Source: Treponemataceae bacterium (GTDB taxonomy: Bacteria > Spirochaetota > Spirochaetia > Treponematales > Rectinemataceae). From it: a stretch of 64,000 nucleotides of DNA. The DNA is taken from positions 64,001 to 128,000 of the forward strand of contig CAXXVZ010000005.1 of NCBI GenBank assembly GCA_963678065.2. Direction: 5' to 3'. Under the pieces are notes generated by a model. That model saw only the letters and a program-made list of their open reading frames with translations, had not been told where the DNA came from and searched no databases. Position numbers and translations under genes: made by a program. How positions within the stretch are numbered: position 1 is the first letter of the stretch; each line of letters starts with the position of its first letter. Below, in pieces: positions 20,739 through 32,004 of the stretch.

Positions 20739-22064
20739 ATGAAAGCCGCAGCCAGTGTCTGGAGGACGCTCGGATTCCGAAAAGGAGATGACAGGGAAGG
20801 ACTACTCCCCGACGAGGCGCCTTCCTTCGGCAAGCTCGTACTCTTCTCCCTGCAGCAGTTCATCGTCATGTTCCCGGCGACCGTCCTCGTCGCCCTGCTC
20901 ACCGGATTCCACGTGAGCACGACCATCTTCGCCTCGGGATTCGCCACACTCTGCTTCGTCTTCGTGACCGGGGGAAAGATCCCCCTCTATTACGGATCAT
21001 CCTTCTCCTACATCGCGGCCATCGTCTCCATCACGGGAGCGAGGGACTTCGGACAGATCGCGCCCGACGCCCTCATAGGTCAGGCCCAGTTCGGCGTCAT
21101 CCTCTCGGGTTTCGTTTCGATCGCGGCCGGAATCATCATCGACCGTTTCGGGAAGAAGGCAATCGAGACCGTCCTGCCCGCCGAGGTCACCGGCTCGGTG
21201 GCCATCGTCATCGGAATCTCCCTCGCGGGGACGGCCATGCAGGGCGCCGCCCAGAACTGGAGCATCGCCCTCATCACCATCCTCGTCACCATCCTCGCGT
21301 CGGTCTTCCTGAAGGGTTTTCTCGGACAGCTTCCCGTCCTCTTCGGCATAGCGGCGGGGTACCTGGCCTCCCTCGCCACGGGAGGGATCGACTTCACTGC
21401 AGTCGCGACAGCCTCCACACTCCAGATTCCCCACTTCACCCTGCCCGTCCTCTCCTGGGCTGCGGTCGGAGCCATCATGCCGATCGCCATCGCGACCATC
21501 CCTGAATCCACCGCACACCTTTTCCAGATCGACCTCTACGTCAACAAGCTGGCCGAGAAGCGGAAGGAGAAGCGCTACGATATCGCGAGCAAGCTCGGCC
21601 GCAATCTCATCGGAGACGGCGTGGGCGACATCGTGAGTTCGCTCTTCGGCGGGCCGGCCGGAACCAACTACGGCGAAAACATCTCCACAATGGCCGTCAC
21701 CCGGGTCTTCTCGGTTCCCGTCATCATATCGACGGCACTGCTGGCCATACTCTTCAGCTTCCTCGGCAAGTTCTCCGCCGCCGTCAGCACCATCCCCGGA
21801 TCGGTCATCGGCGGTCTCTCCGTCTACCTCTTCGGCGTCATCGCCGTCCAGGGCGTCGGCATCATGGTCGAGAAGAAAGTCGACCTCTTCGACAACAGGA
21901 CCCTCGCCGTCATCGCGACTATCCTCGTGATCGGTATCGGCGGATCCTTCGCCTTCCCGGGCGGCATGATTCCGGTCTTCGGAGCCAGACTGCCGGCCAT
22001 CGCGTCGGCGGCGGTCTGGGGCATCGTCCTCAATCTCGTGCTGCGCGCCACGAAGAAACGCTGA
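20739..22064 (+). CDS. NCS2 uracil/xanthine permease (UraA/PyrP-like)
   Basis: PLYYGSSFSY, ESTAH, GDGV and GGPAGTNYGEN (NAT signature). Confidence 0.9.
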   Translation: MKAAASVWRTLGFRKGDDREGLLPDEAPSFGKLVLFSLQQFIVMFPATVLVALLTGFHVSTTIFASGFATLCFVFVTGGKIPLYYGSSFSYIAAIVSITGARDFGQIAPDALIGQAQFGVILSGFVSIAAGIIIDRFGKKAIETVLPAEVTGSVAIVIGISLAGTAMQGAAQNWSIALITILVTILASVFLKGFLGQLPVLFGIAAGYLASLATGGIDFTAVATASTLQIPHFTLPVLSWAAVGAIMPIAIATIPESTAHLFQIDLYVNKLAEKRKEKRYDIASKLGRNLIGDGVGDIVSSLFGGPAGTNYGENISTMAVTRVFSVPVIISTALLAILFSFLGKFSAAVSTIPGSVIGGLSVYLFGVIAVQGVGIMVEKKVDLFDNRTLAVIATILVIGIGGSFAFPGGMIPVFGARLPAIASAAVWGIVLNLVLRATKKR

Positions 22065-22095
22065 CAAAGCGCGGTCCACAGCGGCATAAAGCCAC

Positions 22096-22128
22096 AAAAA
22101 AGCCGACCATTCGAGGCCGGCTTTTTTG
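22096..22128. terminator. Bidirectional terminator between convergent genes
   Basis: A6-GCCGACC...GGCCGGC-T6. Confidence 0.7.
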
Positions 22129-22195
22129 TACCCACAGGACGCAGGCTTTCCTTCCCGGAGACCGGATTCCGGTCGCCGGGAAGAGAGACAGCCCT

Positions 22196-24328
22196 TTACA
22201 GCGTGAAGAGCAACTCCTCGTAGCTCGGCAGGGGCCAGAGCGTGGTGGGAACGAGCTTCTCGACATCGTCGGCGACGCTGCGGAGTGCATCCATGCGCGG
22301 TATGACGGACTCGCGGTAGGCCTTGGCCTTGGCGAGAGGATCGTCGATCTTCTGGGCATCGTTCAGGACTTTTTCCAGTCTGTCGGTTTCATCCACGAGG
22401 GCGGCGGCAAACACGGCTATTTTCTGGGCGCGGGCTTCCTGCGGCGTCGAGATCGCGCCGACTCCGGCCAGCTCCGCGGCTGCTCTCGCATACTGTTCGG
22501 CGGCCGCGCTGACGGCCGGGAAAATCGCCCGCCTGGAAATGTCGACCATGAGGCCCGCCTCGATGTTGACTTGTTTGGCGTAGCGCTCGAGGTAGATCAC
22601 GCAGCGGCTTTCACTCTCTTCCTTTGTAAGGATGCCAAGCTTCGAGAGAAGACTCACCGTGGACGCAGAGGCGAACTCGGGAATGACCTCGACGGCGGAC
22701 TTGAAACGCGGCAGACCGCGGCGCTCGGCCTCGAGGGCCCACTCGGCCGAATAGCCGTTGCCATTAAAAACCACTCTCCGGTGCGACTTGTATGACTCGG
22801 CGATGATCTTCCTGATCTCGGCTATCATATCGGCACCGGAAGCGGTGGCGCGTTCAAGCCGGTCGGCGAAGCCGGTAAGGACTTCGGCCACAGCGGCATT
22901 GAGCATCGTTGTCGGGGTCGCGGCCGACTGGGAGGACGCAACCATGCGGAACTCGAACTTGTTGCCCGTAAAGGCGAATGGACTCGTCCGGTTCCTGTCG
23001 GAGAAATCCTTGGGCAGTTTGGGAAGGGATGCCGTTCCGAGCTCCACCACGCTGCCCTCGGAAGAGATGGCCGGCCTGTTCTCGGCCACGGCGTCCAGAA
23101 GCTCGGTCAGCGGATCGCCCAGGAATATGGAGATGACGGAGGGAGGCGCCTCGTGGCCCCCGAGACGGTGGTCGTTGCCGGCGGTGGCGGCGGACGCCCT
23201 GAGCAGGGCCGCATATCTGTCGACGGCCTCGATGATGGCGGTGACGAAGAGGAGGAAACGCGCGTCGGAGGCGGCGTCGGTTCCGGGCTCGAGGAGGTTG
23301 ATGCCGTCGTCGGTGGCGATGGACCAGTTGATGTGCTTGCCCGAGCCGTTCACGCCTGCGAAAGGCTTCTCGTGCAGGAGGCAGGCCATGCCGTGGCGTC
23401 CGGCGACCTTGCGCATGGTCTCCATGATGAGCTGGTTGGCGTCCGCGGCGACGTTGGCCGAGGCGTAGATGCTCGCGAGCTCGAACTGGTTCGGGGCGAC
23501 TTCGTTGTGCTGGGTCTTGGCGGAGACCCCCATCGCCCAGAGTTCGGTGTTGAGCTCATTCATGAAGGAGGTGACCTTCTCCTCTATCGCGCCGTAGTAG
23601 TGGTCCTCCATCTCCTGCCCCTTGGCGGGCATGGAGCCGAAGACTGAACGGCCGGCGAGCATGAGGTCGGGGCGCTTCTTGTAGAGGGCCTCGTTGACGA
23701 GGAAGTACTCCTGCTCCGGGCCGACCGAGGGTACGGCGCGCTGTGAAGCCGTGTTGCCGAGGGCGCGCAGGACGCGCATGCTGGCCTTGTTGATCGCTTC
23801 CATCGACTTGAGGAGGGGAACTTTCTTGTCGAGGGCATGGCCATAGTAGGAGACAAAGGCCGTCGGGATACAGAGGGTGATCCTGTCAGGAGCTGTCTTG
23901 AGGAAGGCCGGACTCGTGACATCCCAGGCAGTGTAGCCGCGGGCTTCGAACGTGGCGCGCAGACCGCCCGAGGCGAAGCTCGACGCGTCCGGTTCGCCCT
24001 TCACGAGTTCCTTCCCTGAGAATTCCATGAGCGCGCGGCCGTCCCCGATAGGGGAGATGAAGGCCTCGTGCTTCTCTGCGCTGAGACCGGAGAGGGGGTG
24101 GAACCAGTGGGTGTAGTGGGTCGCGCCCTTCTCGATGGCCCACTCGCTCATGGCACTGGCGACGACCTCGGCGATGGAGAGAGTGAGTTCGCCCTTTCCT
24201 GCCTGGATGCTCACGAGTTCGTTGTACACACTCTTGGGGAGGCGCTCGCGCATCACCGAGTTGGAAAAGCAGTTGGTGCCGTAGAGTTTCTTGAGGCTGA
24301 TTTCACTTCCGTCGATAGGATTCCGCAT
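22196..24328 (-). CDS. glnA: Glutamine synthetase type III
   Basis: GATHYTHWFHP, EPDASSF, TFEARGYTAWD, HEKPFAGVNGSGKH and DRNRTSPFAFTGNKFEFR; 710 aa. Confidence 0.95.
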   Translation of the reverse strand: MRNPIDGSEISLKKLYGTNCFSNSVMRERLPKSVYNELVSIQAGKGELTLSIAEVVASAMSEWAIEKGATHYTHWFHPLSGLSAEKHEAFISPIGDGRALMEFSGKELVKGEPDASSFASGGLRATFEARGYTAWDVTSPAFLKTAPDRITLCIPTAFVSYYGHALDKKVPLLKSMEAINKASMRVLRALGNTASQRAVPSVGPEQEYFLVNEALYKKRPDLMLAGRSVFGSMPAKGQEMEDHYYGAIEEKVTSFMNELNTELWAMGVSAKTQHNEVAPNQFELASIYASANVAADANQLIMETMRKVAGRHGMACLLHEKPFAGVNGSGKHINWSIATDDGINLLEPGTDAASDARFLLFVTAIIEAVDRYAALLRASAATAGNDHRLGGHEAPPSVISIFLGDPLTELLDAVAENRPAISSEGSVVELGTASLPKLPKDFSDRNRTSPFAFTGNKFEFRMVASSQSAATPTTMLNAAVAEVLTGFADRLERATASGADMIAEIRKIIAESYKSHRRVVFNGNGYSAEWALEAERRGLPRFKSAVEVIPEFASASTVSLLSKLGILTKEESESRCVIYLERYAKQVNIEAGLMVDISRRAIFPAVSAAAEQYARAAAELAGVGAISTPQEARAQKIAVFAAALVDETDRLEKVLNDAQKIDDPLAKAKAYRESVIPRMDALRSVADDVEKLVPTTLWPLPSYEELLFTL

Positions 24329-24364
24329 CGATTGCTCCTTGAGAAAATCTGACGCAATTCAGAA

Positions 24365-24381
24365 TGCAATGTTCGTGCCAA
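24365..24381 (-). promoter_or_regulatory. Sigma54 (-24/-12) promoter of GSIII
   Basis: Minus strand TTGGCACGAACATTGCA matches the TGGCAC-N5-TTGCA consensus. Confidence 0.85.
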
Positions 24382-24529
24382 GGAGCGAAATAATTCACGC
24401 ATTTATGCAATGTCTTGCTTATTTCGTTATCATGAAATTGTTTAAAAACTTCACACCGAGATTTCAGAATCCTCCGGTGCCGGAATACCGCCTAGAAAAA
24501 GTCACATCGATGTAGGAATAAGGAATTTC

Positions 24530-26065
24530 CTACTGCTTTGTACGAAACCTCCGCCAGTCGATGCCGAAGCGCCTGAGGGAGAGCCCAATCCTGCGCTCCG
24601 TCACGGCGAGCCTGCGGGCGGCCGCAGCTGCGTTTCCCCTCTCCATTTTGAGGGCTTCGAGAACAAGTTCTTTTTCGAGCCGGGCGAGGGCCCCGTCGAG
24701 CGTGGTGGAAGGCCCCGTGCCGGTGGACTCCGCGGACTGCAGGCTCGGGGGCAGGTTGTACGCGTGGATGACGCCGTCGGCGCTCATGATGACGGCCCTC
24801 TCGATGCAGTTTTCCAGCTCCCTGACATTGCCGGGCCAGTGGTAAATCATGAGAAGGTCGAGGGCCGGGCTGGAGATGCGGAGGATAGGTTTGCCGGCCT
24901 TCTTGCCCAGTCTGTCCGCGAAGTGGTCGGCGAGCAGGAGGATGTCGGAACCTCGCTCGCGCAGAGGCGGCATATGGATGGGAAACACGTTGAGCCGGAA
25001 GTAGAGATCCTCGCGGAAACGCCCTTCGGCGACTTCTTTCTCCAGGTTCCGGTTTGTCGCGACGACGATCCTGACCTCGGCGTTGATGGTCTGGCTTCCT
25101 CCGACCCTCTCAAAGCTACGTTCCTGTAGGATTCTGAGCAATTTAGCCTGAACCGAGAGAGAGAGCTCCCCGATCTCGTCTAAGAAAAGCGTGCCACCCG
25201 AGGCCAGCTCGAATCTACCCTTCCTCTGGACATGTGCTCCTGTGAATGAGCCTTTCTCGTGGCCGAACAACTCGCTCTCCACCACGGATTCGGGCAGGGC
25301 GGCGCAGCTGACGGCGACGAAAGGACCGGCCGAGCGCCTGCTCTTCTCGTGGATCGCGCGGGCGATGAGTTCCTTGCCTGTCCCGCTCTCCCCTGTGATG
25401 AGGACGGTGCTCTCGGTCGGCGCGACCCGTTCGACCAATGAGAAGGCTTCCATCATGGGAGCCGAGCGGCCGATGATGCCAGCAAAGCCCGAATCCTCGC
25501 ATGAGAGCACCTTGTGGCTCGCCGTGCGGTCTTCGGAAATGCCCGAGCCGACGGAGGCTCCGAGACGCATTCTGAGGGCTATCGCTTCTTCGATGAGGAT
25601 GGCCGACCACTCGGCGAGGGAGACGAAGGCATCGGAAAAACCATCGACGCCCGCCGCGTCGCCGATCCCGGCGCCGGCCGGGGCCTGCAGACAGATGACA
25701 CCCGCCACGGAGTCCGCGTGCCGCACGGGGATCTCGAGCCAGCGCGAACCGTCCGCGGATCGACTCCGGACTGTCGTGGCGGCCTGAAGGGCCGATCCGC
25801 CCGGCCAGATGCCCATGCGCAGGGGAACATCGAGGAGACCGGAATCGGATGGCTCCGTCACAGCGATGATCCTGGGCCCGGGCACATCGCGCGCGGCAAG
25901 CGCGGCGATTCCCCGCCTCATGCCCGTGGACTGGACGAGAAGGGCAAGAAACGGCTCCATGGCGTCGTCGAGTTCGGGATGGCGACCGAGAAGCCTGGAC
26001 AACTCGAAGAGGATAGAGAGGGTCTCGGCCGGAGGCGCAATGCGCAGTGATCCATGGGCGGTCAT
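24530..26065 (-). CDS. Sigma54-dependent activator, GAF-AAA+-HTH (NifA-like)
   Basis: [41 protein letters not shown] and [10 protein letters not shown]. Confidence 0.93.
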   Translation of the reverse strand: MTAHGSLRIAPPAETLSILFELSRLLGRHPELDDAMEPFLALLVQSTGMRRGIAALAARDVPGPRIIAVTEPSDSGLLDVPLRMGIWPGGSALQAATTVRSRSADGSRWLEIPVRHADSVAGVICLQAPAGAGIGDAAGVDGFSDAFVSLAEWSAILIEEAIALRMRLGASVGSGISEDRTASHKVLSCEDSGFAGIIGRSAPMMEAFSLVERVAPTESTVLITGESGTGKELIARAIHEKSRRSAGPFVAVSCAALPESVVESELFGHEKGSFTGAHVQRKGRFELASGGTLFLDEIGELSLSVQAKLLRILQERSFERVGGSQTINAEVRIVVATNRNLEKEVAEGRFREDLYFRLNVFPIHMPPLRERGSDILLLADHFADRLGKKAGKPILRISSPALDLLMIYHWPGNVRELENCIERAVIMSADGVIHAYNLPPSLQSAESTGTGPSTTLDGALARLEKELVLEALKMERGNAAAAARRLAVTERRIGLSLRRFGIDWRRFRTKQ

Positions 26066-27429
26066 GGTATCAGCAGCACCTGAATGTCGCAGACATTCGT
26101 GTTTGTCGGGCCGGTCCTGAGAAGACCGCCGATCCTGTCGAAGAAATGCCAGGAATCGTTGCCCGCGAGGTAGTCGGCGGCCTTGATTCCGGCCGCCTTT
26201 GCGCGGGCGGAGAGTTCCATGGAGGCGAAGGCGCCCGCCGCGTCGGTCGGTCCGTCGTTGCCGTCCGTGGACGCGGCGAGGAAGACAAGGTCCTCCGCGT
26301 CCTTGGGGAATCGCTCCATCGCGTCGAGAAAGGCGAGAGCCATCTCCTGGTTGCGCCCCCCCAAACCCGGGCCACGCAGGGTGACCGTCGTCTCGCCGCC
26401 AGCGAGGAAGCAGGCGGGCCTCGTGAGGGGAAAACCCGAAGCCGCCACGTCCTTTCCCACCGCGAGGTACATGAGGGCGACCTCGCGCGCCTCGCCGGAG
26501 AGGCGCGCGGTCAGGGCCAGGGTCGAATACCCCAGGGCCTCGGCGCGGGCCCGGGCGGCCATGAGGGCGAGCCTGTTGGAGCCGAGAAGGACGGTCTTTG
26601 ATCGCGCGAATGCAGGATCGCCGGGCTTGGGCGTGTCGGGAATTTCTCCAGCGGCGCCGCGGAGAAGACGGTCCGCCACAGATGCAGGCAGAGAGTCCAT
26701 GATACCGTAGCGCCTCACGATGCCGAGGGCGTCCTCGAAGGTTGTCGGATCGGGGACAGTGGGGCCCGAGGCGATGGCGTCGAGGTCGTCTCCGGAGACG
26801 TCGGAAAGAATGAGGGAGAGGACGGTGGCGGGCGCGTAGGCGGCGGCGAGCCGCCCTCCTTTGACGGCGGAAAGGTGCTTGCGGACACAGTTCACCTCGT
26901 GGATCGCCGCGCCTGAAGCGAGCAGAAGTTTCGTCGTGGCGGCCTTGTCCGCGAGGGAAAGCCCCTGTGCAGGTGCACAGAGGATGGCCGAGCCTCCTCC
27001 GGAGATAAGAACGATGACGAGGGTGCGCGCGTCCGGCTCTCCGCAGACTCCGAGGACCGCCCGCGCCGCCTCGACTGAAGATGAGTCGGGTACGGGGTGG
27101 GAGGCCTCGATGAGAGAAACGCGGGAGAGAGACTCGACGTGGCCTCTCTTCACAGCCACGAGGCCGCCTGTGATGCGTTCGCCGAGTGCGCGCTCGAGCC
27201 CGAGCGCCATCCGGGCGGATGCCTTGCCCATGCCGGTCACGACAAGCCGGTCAAAGCCGGATAAGTCGATACGCTCTTCCTGGATCTCGGTCCTGACGAT
27301 CAGTGTGGGGGCAGGCTCCGTCACGACAGAGACGGTGGACGCGAGCATGGACGCAGGATCGACCCGCGAAAGGCCGGCCCTGAAAATGGATTCTGCGTCT
27401 GCGTAAGCCTTGTCAACATTCATGCCCAT
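26062..27429 (-). CDS. Glycerate kinase type 2 (MOFRL/TtuD family)
   Basis: [43 protein letters not shown] and [10 protein letters not shown]. Confidence 0.93.
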   Translation of the reverse strand: MGMNVDKAYADAESIFRAGLSRVDPASMLASTVSVVTEPAPTLIVRTEIQEERIDLSGFDRLVVTGMGKASARMALGLERALGERITGGLVAVKRGHVESLSRVSLIEASHPVPDSSSVEAARAVLGVCGEPDARTLVIVLISGGGSAILCAPAQGLSLADKAATTKLLLASGAAIHEVNCVRKHLSAVKGGRLAAAYAPATVLSLILSDVSGDDLDAIASGPTVPDPTTFEDALGIVRRYGIMDSLPASVADRLLRGAAGEIPDTPKPGDPAFARSKTVLLGSNRLALMAARARAEALGYSTLALTARLSGEAREVALMYLAVGKDVAASGFPLTRPACFLAGGETTVTLRGPGLGGRNQEMALAFLDAMERFPKDAEDLVFLAASTDGNDGPTDAAGAFASMELSARAKAAGIKAADYLAGNDSWHFFDRIGGLLRTGPTNTNVCDIQVLLIP

Positions 27430-27545
27430 GCAATCCCGCCTGAAAGAAGGTCTTATGGCCAAGACTATGCGCGGCCGCCGATCATGGCAAGTGGCCGCGC
27501 GGTATCCTTGCACAAAAATCAGGGACTGTGCTACAGTCCGGAAAC

Positions 27546-27730
27546 CGATGGAGGAGCGATTCCCATCAGTACCCACGGGGAGGGATTCAGGATCCCGGAG
27601 AAGCGTGGGGAAAGGGGAGAATCGCCGAAGGGCCCGGGCATTCCTGCCCCCGAGCCTTGGACGTCCGGGTCAATACCCGGCGGCTGTCGCGGAACATCCT
27701 TGCGAAGGAGTCCGCGGAGCGCCTGAGGCT
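27546..27730 (+). ncRNA. Lysine riboswitch (L-box)
   Basis: Conserved elements in order: GAGGAGCG, AGTA, GAAAGG, CGCCGAA, TTGG, AATA, CTGTC, GGAGCGC; upstream of lysC. P1 pairing looks weak. Confidence 0.85.
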
Positions 27731-27989
27731 AGGTCTCTTCGCCCCCGCCCTTCTCTCCCGGAGGGTGTCGGAAGCTACCTATCCACGGCCTCTTTCGGAT
27801 TGGAGGCATACCGTGTGTAGCTTTCGATCCGTGGGGACCGGTAGAATCTCGCCAGAGTTCTACCCGACTACCACAAGTTATCCCGCAACTGTCCCACCCC
27901 CTTCCCGCCCCGCTTTTCCCGCGTCCGGCATGCCCACCCACAGCCTCGATTCCTCCACATCATCCAGACAGAAAGGAAAGGAGTGAGCC

Positions 27990-29336
27990 ATGTCCCCCCT
28001 CGTCATGAAATTCGGCGGCACCTCGGTAGGCGACGCCTCGCGCATCGAACAGGTCGGAACGATAGTGCGCGCCAACACCAATGGCGGCGTCCTCGTCGTC
28101 GTCTCTGCGATGGGAGGCGTGACCAACATGCTGTTCGACGCGGCCAGAACAGCTCTCGCAGGCGAGATAACTCGCTCCCTCGAGATGCGCGACGCCATCC
28201 GGGAACGTCATTACGCGGCCGCCCGTACGCTCGGCACAGGACTCACTGACAGTCTGGCCGCGACCATCACGGCCATCACCGACGAACTCGGCACCTATCT
28301 CCAGGGTATCGGCCTTCTGCGCGAGCTTTCGGAGCGCAGCATGGACACTGTCGCGTCAATCGGAGAGCGGCTTTCGGGCATCCTCGTCGCGCACGGCCTC
28401 GGCGTCCCCTGCGTCGACGCCCGTCTCGTCATGCGCACGGATTCCCGCTTCGGGCAGGCGAGGCCGCAGCCGGAGACCATCCGCGAACTCGCCACGCGCC
28501 ACTTCGCACCCCTCCTCGGCGCGGGGAAAATCCTCGTAACCCAAGGCTACATCGGATCGGATGGCTCCGGCACAACGACGACCCTCGGACGCGGCGGATC
28601 CGACTACTCCGCCAGCCTCTTCGGGGCGGCGCTGGACGCGGCCGAAATCCAGATTTGGACCGACGTCGAGGGAGTCCTCACCTGCGACCCGCGCGTCGTG
28701 CCGCAGGCCCATCCTGTCGAGATACTCGGCTATGAGGAGGCGGCGGAACTCGCGGCATACGGCGCCAAGGTTCTCCATCCGGCCACCATCAAACCCGCTG
28801 TGGAGGCAGGCATCCCGGTCACTGTGCGCAACACGATGCTTCCCGAAGGCCGCTACACGACGATCAGGGCTGGTGCCTCGAGCGGGCTGCCCGTCACGGC
28901 CCTCGCCGTCCGAAAAGGCATCGCCATCATCAATCTCCGCCAGGAGACCATGATGGACCAGTCAGGCTTCCTGACCCAGCTCTTTGATGTGTTCGGCTCG
29001 CGCGGCACGAGCGTCGACCTCGTTTCCACCTCGGAGGTCTGTGTCTCCGTCACAGTCGACATGGGCGCGCCCCTTGACCTCCTCGAGAAAGATCTGTCGG
29101 CTCTCGGCTCGGTGGAGATCGCGAGGGACAGGGCCGTCGTCGCCCTTGTCGGGGAGCGCCTGCGCCAGACTCCGGCCGTCCTCGCGACCGCTTTCACGGC
29201 CCTGGGCGACATCGGCGTCGAGATGATTTCCATGGGCGCCAACGAGATCAACCTGAGCCTCGTCATGAAGTCGGACAATTCGGGAGAGGCGCTCCGCAGG
29301 CTCCACGCGGCCTTCTTCGAGGGAGGGAAGGAATGA
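27990..29336 (+). CDS. lysC: Aspartate kinase
   Basis: MKFGGTSV, VVVSAM, TLGRGGSDYSA and IWTDVEG; ACT domains. Confidence 0.95.
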   Translation: MSPLVMKFGGTSVGDASRIEQVGTIVRANTNGGVLVVVSAMGGVTNMLFDAARTALAGEITRSLEMRDAIRERHYAAARTLGTGLTDSLAATITAITDELGTYLQGIGLLRELSERSMDTVASIGERLSGILVAHGLGVPCVDARLVMRTDSRFGQARPQPETIRELATRHFAPLLGAGKILVTQGYIGSDGSGTTTTLGRGGSDYSASLFGAALDAAEIQIWTDVEGVLTCDPRVVPQAHPVEILGYEEAAELAAYGAKVLHPATIKPAVEAGIPVTVRNTMLPEGRYTTIRAGASSGLPVTALAVRKGIAIINLRQETMMDQSGFLTQLFDVFGSRGTSVDLVSTSEVCVSVTVDMGAPLDLLEKDLSALGSVEIARDRAVVALVGERLRQTPAVLATAFTALGDIGVEMISMGANEINLSLVMKSDNSGEALRRLHAAFFEGGKE

Positions 29337-30184
29337 AAATAGGCATATTCGGACGCGGCAAGCTCGGAAGAGCCGTCGCGTCGCAGATAGAATCTGCGGC
29401 GGAGATCGAGGCCGTGGCGGCAGCCGCGAAGGCCCGCCTTTCTGCGGTATCGGCTGCATCGCATGCCCCGGCCGGAATTACGACCGAAACGGAGACGGCC
29501 GACATCCCCGTCCTCGAGTGGATCATCGACCAGGGCGAGGAACCGGGAGGGCCAGTCGATGTCGCCCTGGACGCGAGCGCGGCGGGGGCCGTCAGGTCGC
29601 ACCTCGAGTGGGCCCTCGCGACGGGCACGAACCTCGTCATCGGGACGACGGGCTGGAAGATCGACGGGCTCGCAGGGCTCGTCGGGGACAGGATCGGCCT
29701 CCTCGTCTCCCCCAACTTCAGCCTGGGCGTCGCCCTGACCAAACGGCTGGCGCGGGCCCTCGGCGAATACGCGGCGATCACCCCCGACGCCGATCTCGCC
29801 GTGATCGAGAAACACCACAGCCGCAAGGCCGACGCGCCGAGCGGCACGGCGAAGGCCCTCATCTCGGCTCTGCAGGAGGGATGCCCCCGCATGGACGGCT
29901 ACCTCCTCGGCCAGGCTGCGCCCGGCAAAATCTCCGTCGGTGTCGTGCGCGCCGGCTATGAGGTCGGCTACCACGAAGTCCTCCTCGACTCGGAGTACGA
30001 GACCATCTCGATAATCCACCAGGCTCGCGGACGCGAAGTATTCGCGCGCGGCGCCCTCAGGGCTCTCCTGTGGATGAAGGGCCGGAAAGGATTCTACGAC
30101 ATCGACGACCTCGCGGCCGATCTCCTCGGTCCCGGACCGGCGGACGGCAACCTGCACTCGCGACGACATGAAAAGGGAGACTGA
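29333..30184 (+). CDS. dapB: 4-hydroxy-tetrahydrodipicolinate reductase
   Basis: VIGTTGW, SPNFSLG and EKHHSRKADAPSGTA. Confidence 0.92.
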   Translation: MKIGIFGRGKLGRAVASQIESAAEIEAVAAAAKARLSAVSAASHAPAGITTETETADIPVLEWIIDQGEEPGGPVDVALDASAAGAVRSHLEWALATGTNLVIGTTGWKIDGLAGLVGDRIGLLVSPNFSLGVALTKRLARALGEYAAITPDADLAVIEKHHSRKADAPSGTAKALISALQEGCPRMDGYLLGQAAPGKISVGVVRAGYEVGYHEVLLDSEYETISIIHQARGREVFARGALRALLWMKGRKGFYDIDDLAADLLGPGPADGNLHSRRHEKGD

Positions 30185-30185
30185 C

Positions 30186-31106
30186 ATGGCAAGCGCATCG
30201 TTCATCCAGGGATTGGGAATCGCGATCGCGACCCCCTTCACCGCCTCGGGCGAAGTCGACTACCGGGCCTTCCGGAGCCTCGTCGACCACACGACGGGAG
30301 CGGTCGATTTTTCAGGCGAGTCCGGCGGGGTCGATTTCCTCGTCGTCCTCGGATCCACGGGCGAGGCGGCGACCATCCTCGACGCCGAACGCAGGAAGCT
30401 CATCGAGACAGCCCGTGAAGCTGCAGGGACAGTGCCGATCATCGTCGGGACGGGGACAAACGCGACTGCCCGCACTGTCGAACTTACGAAAGAAGCCGTA
30501 GCGGAGGGGGCGGGCGGCGTCCTCGTCGTGACGCCATTCTACAACAAGCCGACAGCAGAGGGGCTCGTGGCGCATTTTTCGGCGGCGGCCGAAGCCGCGG
30601 GAGGCGCCCCCGTCGTCGCCTACAACGTGCCCGGGAGAACCGGGCTCAACATGACGCCCGCCATCATGAATCGCCTCTGGAAGATCCCCGGGGTCGATGC
30701 CCTGAAAGAATCCTCGGGCAACCTGGCCCAGATCGGCGAGATCCTCCGGACCATGCCGGAAGGGAAGGTCCTTCTTTCAGGCGACGACGCTCTCGCCCTC
30801 CCGGCCATCGCCCTCGGCGCGGAAGGCCTCATCAGCGTTGTCGGCAATATCCTGCCGAAGAGGATGAAGGCCATGGTCGACGCGGCTCGCGCCGGCCGCA
30901 GGGCGGAGGCGGCCGCGCTGCACGCGGCACTGCTCCCCTACATGGACGCCCTTTTCCTGGAATCCAACCCCATCCCGCTCAAGACAGCCCTCGAGATAGC
31001 CGGCATCTGCGGCGGGGAACTCAGATTGCCACTCACCCGCCCCTGTGCCGCGACACGCGCGCGGCTCGAGGAACTCTTCGCTCCCCTCTTCCGGAGGCAA
31101 ACATGA
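30186..31106 (+). CDS. dapA: 4-hydroxy-tetrahydrodipicolinate synthase
   Basis: LGSTGE, TPFYNKP, YNVPGRTG, LKESSG and ESNPIP. Confidence 0.95.
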   Translation: MASASFIQGLGIAIATPFTASGEVDYRAFRSLVDHTTGAVDFSGESGGVDFLVVLGSTGEAATILDAERRKLIETAREAAGTVPIIVGTGTNATARTVELTKEAVAEGAGGVLVVTPFYNKPTAEGLVAHFSAAAEAAGGAPVVAYNVPGRTGLNMTPAIMNRLWKIPGVDALKESSGNLAQIGEILRTMPEGKVLLSGDDALALPAIALGAEGLISVVGNILPKRMKAMVDAARAGRRAEAAALHAALLPYMDALFLESNPIPLKTALEIAGICGGELRLPLTRPCAATRARLEELFAPLFRRQT

Positions 31107-31936
31107 ATTCTTCCGATTTCACAACGACAGTCGCCCGACTGGAAGCTTTTTACGCCCGGGACTTTGAAGCTATCCTCGCAGATCCTGACTGGGTGGAAAC
31201 ACATGAGGCCCTGCTCGAAGCCCTGGAGTCGGGTATACTCGCGACCGTAGCGCAGGCCGGGGACGGAAACTGGAGCGCGGTCTCATGGGTAAAGAAGGCC
31301 ATATTGGCCGGCTTCAGGCGCGGCGGCATAGCCGAGCACGCCTGGCCGGGCGGCGCCTTCGACCGGCCGGCCTTCCCTCCCCGCTGGTTCGACGCGGAGG
31401 ACGCCGTGAGGCTCGTGCCGGGCGGAAGTTCGGCCAGGCGCGGTGCCTACATCGCGCCTGGCGTCGTCGTCATGCCGCCTTCCTATATCAATGTGGGGGC
31501 CTGGATCGGGAGAGGCACCATGGTAGACAGCCACGTCCTCGTCGGCTCCTGCGCCCATGTCGGCGAGAAAGTCCACCTCTCGGCGGGCGTCCAGGTTGGC
31601 GGCGTTCTGGAGCCTCCCCAGGCATGTCCCGTCGTCGTCGAGGACGGCGCCTTCATCGGCGCGCTGTGCGGACTCTTCGAGGGCGTCGTCGTGCGCGAGC
31701 GCGCGGTCCTCGCGCCCGGCGTCATTCTGACCGCGGGAACCCGGATCTTCGACCTCGTCGGCGGACGGGAGCTGAGGGGAGAGGTGCCGGCCGGAGCCGT
31801 CGTCGTGACCGGAAGCCGCCCCGCTTCGGGAGACTTCGCGCGCCAGGCGGGGATATCCCTCAATGTGCCCTGTATCGTAAAATACCGGGATTCGAAGACG
31901 GACGCTGCCGTCGTCCTGGAAGAAGCGCTGCGCTAG
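31103..31936 (+). CDS. dapD: Tetrahydrodipicolinate N-succinyltransferase
   Basis: WVKKAIL, PSYINVGA, VGSCA and GGVLEPPQA; hexapeptide repeats. Confidence 0.92.
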   Translation: MNSSDFTTTVARLEAFYARDFEAILADPDWVETHEALLEALESGILATVAQAGDGNWSAVSWVKKAILAGFRRGGIAEHAWPGGAFDRPAFPPRWFDAEDAVRLVPGGSSARRGAYIAPGVVVMPPSYINVGAWIGRGTMVDSHVLVGSCAHVGEKVHLSAGVQVGGVLEPPQACPVVVEDGAFIGALCGLFEGVVVRERAVLAPGVILTAGTRIFDLVGGRELRGEVPAGAVVVTGSRPASGDFARQAGISLNVPCIVKYRDSKTDAAVVLEEALR

Positions 31937-32004
31937 GCGCGCCTCGGCTTCCCGCCAGACCGGGACCTCCCCAGCGACCCCGAACCTCGTCCAAGGAGAC
32001 ATGA

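Noticed and set aside
24439..24456. Possible NifA upstream activator site TGT-N-ACA
   Set aside because: Spacing is 11 rather than 10, and it lies close to the promoter; not convincing.
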